This document shows, in pieces, positions 9,118-17,714 of a stretch of DNA of 64,000 bases. Within the stretch, counting starts at the first letter, position 1; every line of letters begins with the position of its first letter. The translations under genes and the position numbers were made by a program. The stretch lies in NCBI GenBank assembly GCA_036377415.1, contig DASUYK010000039.1, positions 119-64,118 on the forward strand. Direction: 5' to 3'. The notes beneath the pieces were generated by a model. The model was not told the DNA's origin. It worked only from the letters and a program-made list of their open reading frames with translations, and ran no database searches. This stretch comes from Solirubrobacterales bacterium. GTDB taxonomy: Bacteria > Actinomycetota > Thermoleophilia > Solirubrobacterales > 70-9.

Positions 9118-10461
9118 TCAGCTTCGGTCGGTTCGACGTCGGCGCTCCTCCAGAGAGGCGACGTCCCCGGCATCGTCCCTCTCCGGCTCGGTGCCGGCGT
9201 CGAGGCCGAACAGCTCCCGAAGGGCACTGACGTGGAGGTAGGAGTCCTCGCGGTCGGCGAGTCCCTTGATCCTCACCGTGGGCTCGTGCAGGAGCCGGTT
9301 GGCGATCGCCCGGGCCATCATCTCGATCCGCTCCCTGTCGGTCGCCGAGAGGCTCTCCCAGCGAGTCGCGTTCTCGGAGAGGACCTGGGAGACGATCTCG
9401 TTCGCCCTCTCGCGAAGAGCGGTGACGGTCGGCATCACCTCCTGCCCGCCAAGCCACCGCTCGAACCGGGAGAGCTCGGAGTCGATGATCCCCCCGGCCC
9501 TGCGTGCCTCGGCCTGCCTGCCGGAAGCGTTCCGCTCGACGATCGCCTGCACGTCGTCGACGTCGTGGAGGCTCGCCGCATCGACCTCGCGGCACTCGGG
9601 GTCGATGTCGCGAGGCACCGCGAGGTCGATCAGCAGCAGTGGCTTTCCGTCGCGCTGGCCCATGATCAGCTCGAGCTCGGAACGCTCGATCAGGTGGTGA
9701 GGGGAGTTCGTCGTGGAGACGACGATGTCGGCGCCGGTGAGCTGGAAGGGAAGCTCGTCGATCCGGACGGCGGTGCCGCCGAAACGCTGCGCGAGCGAGA
9801 TCGCGCGGTTGTAGCCGCGATTCGCGATGAAGACGGCGTCTGAGCCCCGTGCGGCGAGCGCCCGTGCGGTCAGCTCGGAGGTCTCCCCCGCGCCGATCAG
9901 GAGCACCCGGCGAGCGGAGAGATCGCCGAGGCTCCGCTGGGCGAGCTCGACGGCGACCGAGGGAATGGAGACCCCCTTTTCACCGACGGCGGTCTCCGTC
10001 CGCGCCCGCTTGCCGGCCGCGAGCGCGCCGCGGAACATCCGGTTGAGGATCGGCCCCGTCGCTCCCTCGACAAGCGCAAGCTCGTAGGCGCGCTTCACCT
10101 GGCCCTGGATCTCGGCCTCGCCGACGATCATCGAGTCGAGTCCGGCCGTCACGCGGTAAAGGTGCCGCGCCGCCTCCGGTCCTCGAAGCGAGTACAGGGG
10201 GCCGAGCAGCTCCGTGGGACGGATGCCCGCCTCCCGGGCGAGCACGCCGAGTCCCGCTGCCTCCGCTTCGACGGAGTCGGTGGCGACCAGGTAGAGCTCG
10301 GTCCGGTTGCAGGTGGAGAGCGCCGCCGCCTCGGTGATCGGCTCCTCCGAGACCAGCGCGTTCAGAACTCCCGCGGCCCGTCCCTCGGTTAGCGCCGCCT
10401 GCTCACGCAGGGCGAGGGAGGCGGTCCGGTGCGAAACGCCGAGCGCGAGCACGCCGCTCAT
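9118..10461 (-). CDS. hemA: Glutamyl-tRNA reductase
   Basis: 447 aa. Motifs GVSHRTA and LSTCNRTELY (catalytic Cys), plus NAD-binding LLIGAGETSE. Confidence 0.93.
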   Translation of the reverse strand: MSGVLALGVSHRTASLALREQAALTEGRAAGVLNALVSEEPITEAAALSTCNRTELYLVATDSVEAEAAGLGVLAREAGIRPTELLGPLYSLRGPEAARHLYRVTAGLDSMIVGEAEIQGQVKRAYELALVEGATGPILNRMFRGALAAGKRARTETAVGEKGVSIPSVAVELAQRSLGDLSARRVLLIGAGETSELTARALAARGSDAVFIANRGYNRAISLAQRFGGTAVRIDELPFQLTGADIVVSTTNSPHHLIERSELELIMGQRDGKPLLLIDLAVPRDIDPECREVDAASLHDVDDVQAIVERNASGRQAEARRAGGIIDSELSRFERWLGGQEVMPTVTALRERANEIVSQVLSENATRWESLSATDRERIEMMARAIANRLLHEPTVRIKGLADREDSYLHVSALRELFGLDAGTEPERDDAGDVASLEERRRRTDRS

Positions 10462-10691
10462 CGGCGCGCCTCCTCCCTCACGGACTCGATCCTCTCCTCC
10501 CGCTCCCGGACCCGCCCGACGTCGCTCCCGCGCGGGGACTCGGCGAGTTCGCCGAGCGATCGGAGCTCTCGCTGAATGCGCTGGAGCTTCGAGGCCATGA
10601 TCGCAACGTAGATCAAGAGGAGGAGGAGGAAGACCAGGTAGGCGCCCGCGACGTAGCCCTCCGCGCTGTCGATCGCGGCGAAGGGGATCAC
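10458..10691 (-). CDS. Small single-TM protein, CcmD-like by position and topology
   Basis: 77 codons from GTG 10691 (VIPFAAIDSAEGYVAGAYLVFLLLLLIYVAIMASKLQRIQ...). It has one TM helix plus a charged tail. GTGA overlap with the ccmC stop and ATGA overlap with the hemA start. The rest of ORF 10458..11066 overlaps ccmC out of frame. Confidence 0.45.
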   Translation of the reverse strand: MIPFAAIDSAEGYVAGAYLVFLLLLLIYVAIMASKLQRIQRELRSLGELAESPRGSDVGRVREREERIESVREEARR

Positions 10692-11383
10692 GCCGTCACC
10701 TCCAGCGCGCGGCGAATCCGCGCCAGGTCTCCGGACGTGCGCTTCGAATCGAGCTCGAACCAGACCAGCGTCGCCCAGAGCGCCGCCATGCCGACGAGGC
10801 AGACGAGGAACGGGAAGAGCATCGAGTCGGGCAGGCCGCCGGCCGACGAGAAGGTCCGCGGATGGATCAGCGGCTCGGCGAGCCGGACGGCGAGGAAATT
10901 GAGCGGCACGAATGCCCCGGCCGTGATCGCGAACACCGAGGCGTAGCGCGCCTGCCGATCGCGGTCCTCGATCGCGTAGCGGAGCGGGTAATAGGTCGCG
11001 TAGAGGAGGAAGACGATCAGGAAGCTGACCAGGGTGGGCTCCTTCCACTCCCACCAGACGCCCCACGACCCCTTTGCCCAGATCGCGCCGGTGGCGAGCA
11101 CCGCCAGCCCGAAGATCACCGAGATGTGAATCGAGACGTAGGCGCGGGCGTCATGAACCGGGTCGCCGCTGCGGAGATGGCGAATCGCGTGGACGGCGGC
11201 GACCATGAAGCCGATCAACGCGCAGGTGGCCAGCGGTACGTGCAGGTAGAAGATCTTCTGGATGTAGCCCTGGTCGGCGTCCTCCGGCGCGGCGAAGAAC
11301 GCAAGCGCGTAGCCCACCGCGAGCAGCGCCACCGTCGTGGCCGCGAGCCGGCGAAGCGTTATCGATCCGAGCGCAGTGGCCAT
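10688..11383 (-). CDS. ccmC: Heme exporter protein C (CcmC, WWD-domain heme-handling protein)
   Basis: 231 aa, 6 TM. Trp-rich motif WGVWWEWKEPT, with flanking conserved His residues in YLHVPLA and LIHPR. Confidence 0.85.
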   Translation of the reverse strand: MATALGSITLRRLAATTVALLAVGYALAFFAAPEDADQGYIQKIFYLHVPLATCALIGFMVAAVHAIRHLRSGDPVHDARAYVSIHISVIFGLAVLATGAIWAKGSWGVWWEWKEPTLVSFLIVFLLYATYYPLRYAIEDRDRQARYASVFAITAGAFVPLNFLAVRLAEPLIHPRTFSSAGGLPDSMLFPFLVCLVGMAALWATLVWFELDSKRTSGDLARIRRALEVTA

Positions 11384-11402
11384 TTCGATGTCCTCGGGCT
11401 GA

Positions 11403-12071
11403 CTAGTCCTCGAGCAGGAAGTCGAAGGTCGCGTAGCCGACGAGGAGGAAGACCGAATCGTAGAGGCCGAGCAGCGCCAGCCACGTGCCGAATCGGCCGT
11501 AGTCCGGACCGTCGGCGGCGAGCAGGTGTTCGCCCGCCCCGGCGGTCGCGATCACGAGCGGGACCAGGAGGGGCAGGAGGATCAGCGGGGCGAGCAGATC
11601 GCGGGCGCTGGACATCGTGGCGATCGTGGAGATCACGGTTCCGGTGGCGGCCAGCCCGAGGTTCGCGAGCAGCAGCACGAGGGCGAGGGGAATCAGCCCC
11701 TCTACCGAGTCGAGGAAGAAGAGCGCGAAGATTGGAACGGCGATCAGCTCGAGGACGGTCAGGTAGATCGCGAGCGCGCTCGCCTTCGCCGCGAACAGCA
11801 CCGTGCGGTCGATCGGGGCGAGCCTGACCAGGTCGAAGCCGCCCTCCTCCCGCTCGGCGACGAATAGGCGGTTGATCGCGAGGAGCGCCGCGAACAGCAG
11901 GGTCGCGACCAACACGCCGGCCGCGAGCTCGCCCTCGAGCTGCTCTCGGTCGAGTCCGAAACGGAAGATCACGAAGGTCGTCACCGCGAACAGCGCCATC
12001 GCCGGCAGCGACCGGAGGGTGCGCAGCTCGACGCGGAGGTCCTTGCGGAGGAGCGCCGCGAAGGCGGTCAT
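11403..12071 (-). CDS. ccmB: Heme exporter protein B (CcmB, ABC permease)
   Basis: C-terminal 222 aa of ORF 11403..12989 (MTAFAALLRKDLRVELR..., FVAEREEGGFDLVRLAPID). ATG 12071 overlaps the ccmA stop (ATGA). Confidence 0.85.
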   Translation of the reverse strand: MTAFAALLRKDLRVELRTLRSLPAMALFAVTTFVIFRFGLDREQLEGELAAGVLVATLLFAALLAINRLFVAEREEGGFDLVRLAPIDRTVLFAAKASALAIYLTVLELIAVPIFALFFLDSVEGLIPLALVLLLANLGLAATGTVISTIATMSSARDLLAPLILLPLLVPLVIATAGAGEHLLAADGPDYGRFGTWLALLGLYDSVFLLVGYATFDFLLED

Positions 12072-12754
12072 CGGAGCTCCAGGACCGAGTCGGCGCCGGC
12101 GGCTGCCCTCTCGCGGTCGTGGCTGACGACGACACGGGTTCGGCCCGGGCCCGCGGCGACCAGCGGCTCGATCAGCCTGCGCGCCTCGGCGTCCAGATGG
12201 GCATCCGGCTCGTCGAGCAGGAGCAACGGCGGTTCGTGGAGCACCGCCCGGCAGACGTCGACCCGCTGCCTCATTCCCGCCGAGAGCTCCGCGACCCGGT
12301 CGTCGGCGCGGCCGGTCATTCCGACCGCCGCGAGCAGCTCCTCGATTCGCGCCGATGCGGCCGCCGGATCGAGCCCGTGCAGTGCCGCGGCGAGCTCGAG
12401 GTTCTCTCGCGGCGTCAGATCGCGATAGAGAAGGGGGGAGTGGCCGACGTAGCCGATCCGACCCCGAAGCCCGTGGGTCTCCTTCGGAAGGGAGCAGCCG
12501 AGCACCGAGACCTCGCCACCGCTCGGTCGGAGCAATCCGGCGAGAATCCGGAGCAGGGTCGACTTTCCCGATCCGTTCGGGCCCAGGACGGCGAGGCTTC
12601 GCCCCGCGCCCAGGCGGATGCTCACTTCCTGCAGCGCCGGCCTCTCGCCGAAGACCCGCCGCAGCCCGGCCAGCTCGATCGCCGGTGCGCTGCGGGTGAG
12701 CGCACCGGTGTCTGCGTCCGAAGACCCCTCGACTGCGGCGGTCTGCTCGACCAT
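12068..12754 (-). CDS. ccmA: Heme exporter ATP-binding protein CcmA (ABC ATPase)
   Basis: Walker A GPNGSGKST, signature LSAGMRQR, Walker B LLLLDEP. Start set at ATG 12754 (TAGATT hexamer 8 nt upstream). Alternatives are ATG 12796 and 12805. Confidence 0.85.
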   Translation of the reverse strand: MVEQTAAVEGSSDADTGALTRSAPAIELAGLRRVFGERPALQEVSIRLGAGRSLAVLGPNGSGKSTLLRILAGLLRPSGGEVSVLGCSLPKETHGLRGRIGYVGHSPLLYRDLTPRENLELAAALHGLDPAAASARIEELLAAVGMTGRADDRVAELSAGMRQRVDVCRAVLHEPPLLLLDEPDAHLDAEARRLIEPLVAAGPGRTRVVVSHDRERAAAGADSVLELR

Positions 12755-12762
12755 CTTGGGCG

Positions 12763-12768
12763 AATCTA
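12763..12768 (-). promoter_or_regulatory. -10-like hexamer TAGATT upstream of ccmA
   Basis: Reverse strand reads TAGATT-cgcccaag-ATG. Confidence 0.4.
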
Positions 12769-12803
12769 GCTGGTGTTCGTGGTGTTCTTGGGTCATCGCA
12801 GGC

Positions 12804-13496
12804 ATGCTTCGGCGGTCGCGCACATCCCTCACTCTGGTCGCGATTGTGGGCCTGATCTCGTTCGGGGTGATGAGTGATGCCGCCCTCGCTCCCTCGCTCG
12901 GCGCCGAGGGGAGCTCGACCGAGGTGAGCGCCTTCGAGGCGGGGGACATCCAGTGGCGGGGCTCGGTCTCCGCGGGCAAGCCCTGGCACGGTGCCTTGTT
13001 CAGAGGGGTACAGCTTCCCGCCGAGGGGGCGGACTTCTTCACCTGGGACTTCCCGCTGCGCCTCTCGCCCAACAGGCCGTGGCGACGCTGGGCGGCCGAT
13101 CGGACGCTCTTCGCGCTACTCGAGGTGCTTGCGGAGTACCGCGCCGCGAATCCGGCGGCGGGCCGCGTGGGGATCGCCGACCTGAGCCGGCCGCACGGCG
13201 GCCCGTTCGGGCGGCGCTTCGGCGGTCTCGGCCATGCCTCGCATCAGAACGGGATCGACGCCGACATCCTCTATCCCCGCCTCGACCTCGGTGAGACCGC
13301 CGCTTCGAAGCCCGTTCAGATCAACCGCGCCCTCGCCCAGGAGCTGGTGACCCGACTCGTCGCCGCCGGCGCCAGATACGTCTTCGTCGGCCATCGCACC
13401 GGGTTGAGTGGACCGAAGAAGATCGTCCAGCGCCTCGCCCACCACGACGACCACTTGCACGTCCGCTTCTTCGGCGGCGGGCGGCTCGGAAACTGA
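12804..13496 (+). CDS. Secreted LAS-type metallopeptidase, penicillin-insensitive murein endopeptidase (MepA)-like
   Basis: Trimmed to ATG 12804 (signal-peptide-like MLRRSRTSLTLVAIVGLISFGVMS). Zn-ligand motifs HASHQNGIDADI and HHDDHLHVRF. Confidence 0.75.
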   Translation: MLRRSRTSLTLVAIVGLISFGVMSDAALAPSLGAEGSSTEVSAFEAGDIQWRGSVSAGKPWHGALFRGVQLPAEGADFFTWDFPLRLSPNRPWRRWAADRTLFALLEVLAEYRAANPAAGRVGIADLSRPHGGPFGRRFGGLGHASHQNGIDADILYPRLDLGETAASKPVQINRALAQELVTRLVAAGARYVFVGHRTGLSGPKKIVQRLAHHDDHLHVRFFGGGRLGN

Positions 13497-13501
13497 GCCT
13501 T

Positions 13502-13529
13502 TCGGGCGCGATAGTCGATCGCGACCCGA
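13502..13529. terminator. GC hairpin between convergent genes (mepA-like / aldehyde dehydrogenase)
   Basis: TCGGGCGCGAT-agtcg-ATCGCGaCCCGA, with one bulge. No clear U-run. Confidence 0.35.
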
Positions 13530-13542
13530 ACGCCCCTGGCGC

Positions 13543-15213
13543 TCAGGCACCCTTGCGAAGCGTTCGCCGGCCCACCTCCATCAGCGGGCGGATCCCGTCT
13601 CGCAGGGCCTGCAGGCGATTGCCGTTGCGGGAATAGAGGACCTGCGCGGAGGATCTGATCGCATCGGCCAGCGTGCGGTCGTATGGCTGCCACCAGATGT
13701 CGCGGGTCCAGCTGGGCTCCCAAGCGAGCTGCTTGATGTTCACGCACTCGTAGAAGCCAAACTTGGAATGCGAGCGCCCGAGGCCTGAATCCTTCACACC
13801 TCCCCACGCGCACTGACACGCCCCGTGGGAGAAGGAGTGGTCGTTGGTCCAGACCATCCCCGACTCGATCTCATGGGACATCCGCTCTCCCTTCGCCCGG
13901 TCCCTGGTCCAGACCGAGGCGCCGAGGCCGAACTGCGAGTCGTTCGCGAGCCGGATCGCTTCCTCCTCGGAGTCGACGGTCATCACCGGCAGCACCGGGC
14001 CGAAGATCTCCTCGTTCATGATCCGCATCTCGTGGGTGACCCCGGTGAGCACGACCGGGGCGATGAAGCTGCCCCGAAGCCATTTCGTGCTGGTCCCCTT
14101 CACCTTGGTCGGGCCCCCGGTGAGCTTGTTGGCGCCGTTCTTCAGGGCGTCGTCGACCAGGTCCTTGACGATCGCCGCCTGGTCCGACGAGACCATCGGG
14201 CCGATCTCGGTCGTCCACTCGCGCGGGTCGCCGACGGTGAGCCGCTCGGTCTCCCTGACCACACCCTCGAGGAAGGCGTCGGCGACGTCGCGGTGGACGT
14301 AGACCCGCTCGATCCCGGAGCAGGTCTGTCCCGCGTTCGCGAATCCGCCCCAGACCGCGCCCGAGACGGCGTTCGCAAGATCCGCATCCGCGCAGACGAT
14401 CTGCGGGTCCTTGCCGCCGAGCTCCAGAACCGAGCCCTTCATCCGCTTCGCGCACTCGATCCCGACCTTGCGGCCGACCTCGACGGAGCCGGTGAAGAAG
14501 ATCTTCCCGACGCTCGACTTGACCAGCGCGTCGCCGACTCGGCCGCCCCCGTGAATCGTGCGGACGAGGCCCTCCGGGAATCCGGCCTTCTCGAACGTCT
14601 GCCGGATCCGCTCGCCGATCAGCGGGGTCAGGCTCGCTGGCTTCAGGACGACGCCGTTGCCCGCCATCAGCGCGATCGCGACCTCGCCGAATGGGATCGA
14701 CCAGGGGTAGTTCCACGGGGCGATCACGCCGACCACCCCGATCGGCTCGTACGTGAACTTGGCGCTCTTCGTCTTCAGGATCACGGGCATGGATAGCTTC
14801 TCGTCGGAGAGGATCCGTGGGCCGTTGTCGGCGATCCAGTTGAGCGAGTCGATCGTCGGGAGGACCTCCATCGTGTAGCTCTCGACACGCGGCTTTCCCT
14901 GCTCGTTGGTGAGCAGCTCCGCGATCTCGTCGACGTCCTCGAGCAGCGCGTCGCTCGCCCGGCGCATGTAGCGCGCGCGGTCCTCGAGCGAGAGCGCCGC
15001 CCAGAACGGCTGGACCTCGGCCACGTTGTCGACGACGCCCTGCACCTTCGCGGGGGTGAGCGTCTCGACCGTTCCGACGAGCTCGCCGGTGGCGGGGTTG
15101 AACGACTCGAGCGCCTTGACGACGCGCTTGGCGGGCTTCCCCGCGCTCTTCCCTTTGCCGTCGCTGCCGGTGGACCTCGCCTCCATGACCCTTCCTCTCG
15201 TCGCTCTCTCCAT
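13543..15213 (-). CDS. Aldehyde dehydrogenase family protein
   Basis: 556 aa. Motifs VLELGGKDP, FANAGQTCSGIER (catalytic Cys), EEIFGPV. Has an unusual ~60 aa C-terminal extension. Confidence 0.92.
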   Translation of the reverse strand: MERATRGRVMEARSTGSDGKGKSAGKPAKRVVKALESFNPATGELVGTVETLTPAKVQGVVDNVAEVQPFWAALSLEDRARYMRRASDALLEDVDEIAELLTNEQGKPRVESYTMEVLPTIDSLNWIADNGPRILSDEKLSMPVILKTKSAKFTYEPIGVVGVIAPWNYPWSIPFGEVAIALMAGNGVVLKPASLTPLIGERIRQTFEKAGFPEGLVRTIHGGGRVGDALVKSSVGKIFFTGSVEVGRKVGIECAKRMKGSVLELGGKDPQIVCADADLANAVSGAVWGGFANAGQTCSGIERVYVHRDVADAFLEGVVRETERLTVGDPREWTTEIGPMVSSDQAAIVKDLVDDALKNGANKLTGGPTKVKGTSTKWLRGSFIAPVVLTGVTHEMRIMNEEIFGPVLPVMTVDSEEEAIRLANDSQFGLGASVWTRDRAKGERMSHEIESGMVWTNDHSFSHGACQCAWGGVKDSGLGRSHSKFGFYECVNIKQLAWEPSWTRDIWWQPYDRTLADAIRSSAQVLYSRNGNRLQALRDGIRPLMEVGRRTLRKGA

Positions 15214-15219
15214 GTCGCG

Positions 15220-15225
15220 ATTCTA
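15220..15225 (-). promoter_or_regulatory. -10 hexamer TAGAAT, 6 nt upstream of the aldehyde dehydrogenase ATG (leaderless)
   Basis: Reverse strand reads cgTAGAAT-cgcgac-ATG. Confidence 0.5.
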
Positions 15226-15532
15226 CGTCGGTGCTTGCCAGGGCTGCGAGTAGCAACAGGCTCGCTGTTCGTCCGCGGAGCGGCCTCCCGCCAAGGCCGC
15301 TCCTCCCTGCCCCCGATCGGAGCGGTGCTCCGAGATTAGTGGAGGCCGGGAGCAAATCCCCGAGCTCCCGACCTCCGTGTCCACTCCCCGGCTTTTTACG
15401 CGCCGGCTCCGGTCGATCCGGCGGCGGTCTTGTGGCCGCCTGGTCTTTGCCGGAGCGTCAGACTCCCCTCAGAACACAGGGTCATCGGGAAGGTTGCGGG
15501 GGTTTGCGCCGGGGTGCGCGCTTAACCTGGTG

Positions 15533-16882
15533 CTAACGATCGTCGTCCGGGCGCCCGCCCAGCAGCCGCCGGAGGCGCTCGAGCCGTTTGCGGAGCTCGG
15601 CCTCGAAACCTCGCTCGGTCGGCTCATAGAAGCGCTCTCCGCGCACCGGCCGGGGGGCGAGGGGCTGATCGGTGACCGCTCCCGGCTCGTCGTGCGGGTA
15701 GCGGTATCCCTCACCCCGGCCGAGCTGACGGGCGCCCGGGTAGTGGGCGTCCTGGAGGTAGGTCGGCGGGTCGGCGGCGCCGTGTTCGCGGACATGGGCG
15801 GACGCCCTGGAGATCGCCCGGGTCGAGGCGTTGGACTTCGGCGCCAGCGCGAGATACGCCGCCGCCTGCGCCAGGTTCAGAGCGCACTCGGGGAGCCCGA
15901 CCCGATCCACCGCCTGAGCCGCGGCGGTGGCGATCACCAGCGCCTGGGGGTCCGCGTTCCCGACGTCCTCGGAGGCGAAGATCACCATCCGCCGGGCGAT
16001 GAATCGTGGGTCCTCGCCGCCCTCGAGCATCACGGCGAGGTAATAGGTCGAGGCATCGACGTCCGATCCGCGAGTTGCCTTGATCCAGGCCGAGACGTAG
16101 TCGTAGTGCCTGTCGCCGGCCCTGTCGTAGAGCAGCGCCTTGCGCTGGAGTGCGTCCTCGACCGCGCCGGTTCCGATCTCGTCCTCTCCCGCGGCTCGGG
16201 TCGCCTCAGCCGCCCGCTCGAGGGCGGCGAGCGCGACGCGCCCGTCCCCTCCCGCCCGCGTCGCGAGCATCTCGAGCGCCTCGGCCGAGATGCCCGGCGG
16301 ATCGGGGACTCCGCGCTCCTCCTCGAGCGCCCGCCGCACGAGCTCCACCAGCTCGATCGGATCGAGGGAGCGAAACTCGTAGATCTGGCATCGGGAGAGC
16401 AGCGCCGAGTTGACCTCGAAGTAGGGGTTCTCGGTGGTCGCTCCGATCAGCGTCACGAGCCCCTCCTCCACCGCCGGCAGCAGAGCGTCCTGCTGGGCCT
16501 TGTTGAACCGGTGGATCTCATCGAGGAAGAAGATCGTCCGCCGCCCCGAGGCCCGGCGCTCCTCCGCGCGCGCGATCACCTGGCGGACCTCGGCCCGCCC
16601 GGCGTTCACTGCCGAGAGCTCCTCGAAGGCGCCTTGCGCCCGGGCCGCGATGATCCGCGCCACCGTCGTCTTCCCGCTGCCGGGAGGCCCGTGGAAGATC
16701 GTGCTGTGGGGCTCACCCGACTCGATCGCGATCCGCAGGGTGGATCCCGGCTCGAGCAGATGGCTCTGGCCCGTGAGCTCGTCGAGGTCCCGGGGGCGCA
16801 TCCGGACAGCAAGCGGAGCCTCATCGGGCGGAACGCCCGTCCGCCGGGTCTCGCCGCCGGTCTCGAAGAGCCGCTCGTTCAC
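15533..16882 (-). CDS. rarA: Replication-associated recombination protein A (AAA+ ATPase)
   Basis: 449 aa. Walker A GPPGSGKTT, Walker B IFFLDEIHRFNK, MgsA C-terminal domain. GTG start. Confidence 0.93.
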   Translation of the reverse strand: MNERLFETGGETRRTGVPPDEAPLAVRMRPRDLDELTGQSHLLEPGSTLRIAIESGEPHSTIFHGPPGSGKTTVARIIAARAQGAFEELSAVNAGRAEVRQVIARAEERRASGRRTIFFLDEIHRFNKAQQDALLPAVEEGLVTLIGATTENPYFEVNSALLSRCQIYEFRSLDPIELVELVRRALEEERGVPDPPGISAEALEMLATRAGGDGRVALAALERAAEATRAAGEDEIGTGAVEDALQRKALLYDRAGDRHYDYVSAWIKATRGSDVDASTYYLAVMLEGGEDPRFIARRMVIFASEDVGNADPQALVIATAAAQAVDRVGLPECALNLAQAAAYLALAPKSNASTRAISRASAHVREHGAADPPTYLQDAHYPGARQLGRGEGYRYPHDEPGAVTDQPLAPRPVRGERFYEPTERGFEAELRKRLERLRRLLGGRPDDDR

Positions 16883-16888
16883 GCGTTG

Positions 16889-16894
16889 AAGTAT
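16889..16894 (-). promoter_or_regulatory. -10-like hexamer ATACTT, 6 nt upstream of the rarA GTG
   Basis: Reverse strand reads cATACTT-caacgc-GTG. Confidence 0.4.
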
Positions 16895-16920
16895 GCGCGC
16901 TGCTTTACCGTTCCGCCGCC

Positions 16921-17685
16921 GTGGACGCGCTCGAGCTCAGCGCCGTCTTTGCCTGGTCCTTCGCGGTCTCCTTCTTCGGCGGACTGGTCGGGCTGGTTCT
17001 GGGCAACCTCCGCCTGCCGCTGATCGTCCTGGTCGCGAGCAGCCCGGCCGCCGGCGCGGGGGCGAACGTAGCGATCAGCGGGGTCGCCGCGCTCACCTCG
17101 AGCTACGGCCACTGGCGGGGCGGGCGGATCGACTGGCGCCTCTTCGGATGGATGGCGCCCACCTCGCTCGTCGGCGCGGTCGCCGGAGGGCTGATCGCCG
17201 GCGAGCTTCCCGACCGCCTCCTGCTCGGCGCGATCTCCGTCATCGTCCTCTACGGCGCGGTCGAGGTGTGGCGCTACCGGCGACCCACGGCCGAGCGGGG
17301 CACTGAGCTCCCAAGCCGGCGCTCCCTCCTGGTCAACGCCGCCCTGGTCGGCCTCGGCGTCGGCCTCCTCGGCGGCTTCGTCGGCCTGATCCTCGGCTCG
17401 CTCCGGCTCCCGGCGATGGTTCGCTGGGTCGGCGTGCGGCCCTACGCGGCGGTCGGGACGAACGCCGCGGTGGGGGCTGTCGTCGGCGTCGGGGGCCTGA
17501 TCGGGCACCTGCCGAGCGGGATCGACTGGGGCATCCTCGCGGTCGGGGCGGCCGCCGCGATGCCCGCGGCCTACCTCGGCGCTCGCTTCACCGGGCGCCT
17601 GGACGAGACGCAGCTGGTCCATGCGATGGCCGCGATCCTCGTCGTAAGCGGCGGGGCGATGGCGGCTCAGGCGATCTTCGGATAG
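16921..17685 (+). CDS. TSUP family (TauE/SafE) anion exporter, full-length 8-TM form
   Basis: 254 aa with an internal duplication. Each half opens with a G-rich motif (FFGGLVGLVLGNLRLP and LLGGFVGLILGSLRLP). Confidence 0.88.
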   Translation: MDALELSAVFAWSFAVSFFGGLVGLVLGNLRLPLIVLVASSPAAGAGANVAISGVAALTSSYGHWRGGRIDWRLFGWMAPTSLVGAVAGGLIAGELPDRLLLGAISVIVLYGAVEVWRYRRPTAERGTELPSRRSLLVNAALVGLGVGLLGGFVGLILGSLRLPAMVRWVGVRPYAAVGTNAAVGAVVGVGGLIGHLPSGIDWGILAVGAAAAMPAAYLGARFTGRLDETQLVHAMAAILVVSGGAMAAQAIFG

Positions 17686-17702
17686 CGGGTGATCGTGGAC
17701 GC

Positions 17703-17708
17703 TAGGCT
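17703..17708 (+). promoter_or_regulatory. -10-like hexamer TAGGCT, 6 nt upstream of the M20 peptidase ATG
   Basis: Sequence reads TAGGCT-gggcca-ATG. Confidence 0.45.
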
Positions 17709-17714
17709 GGGCCA

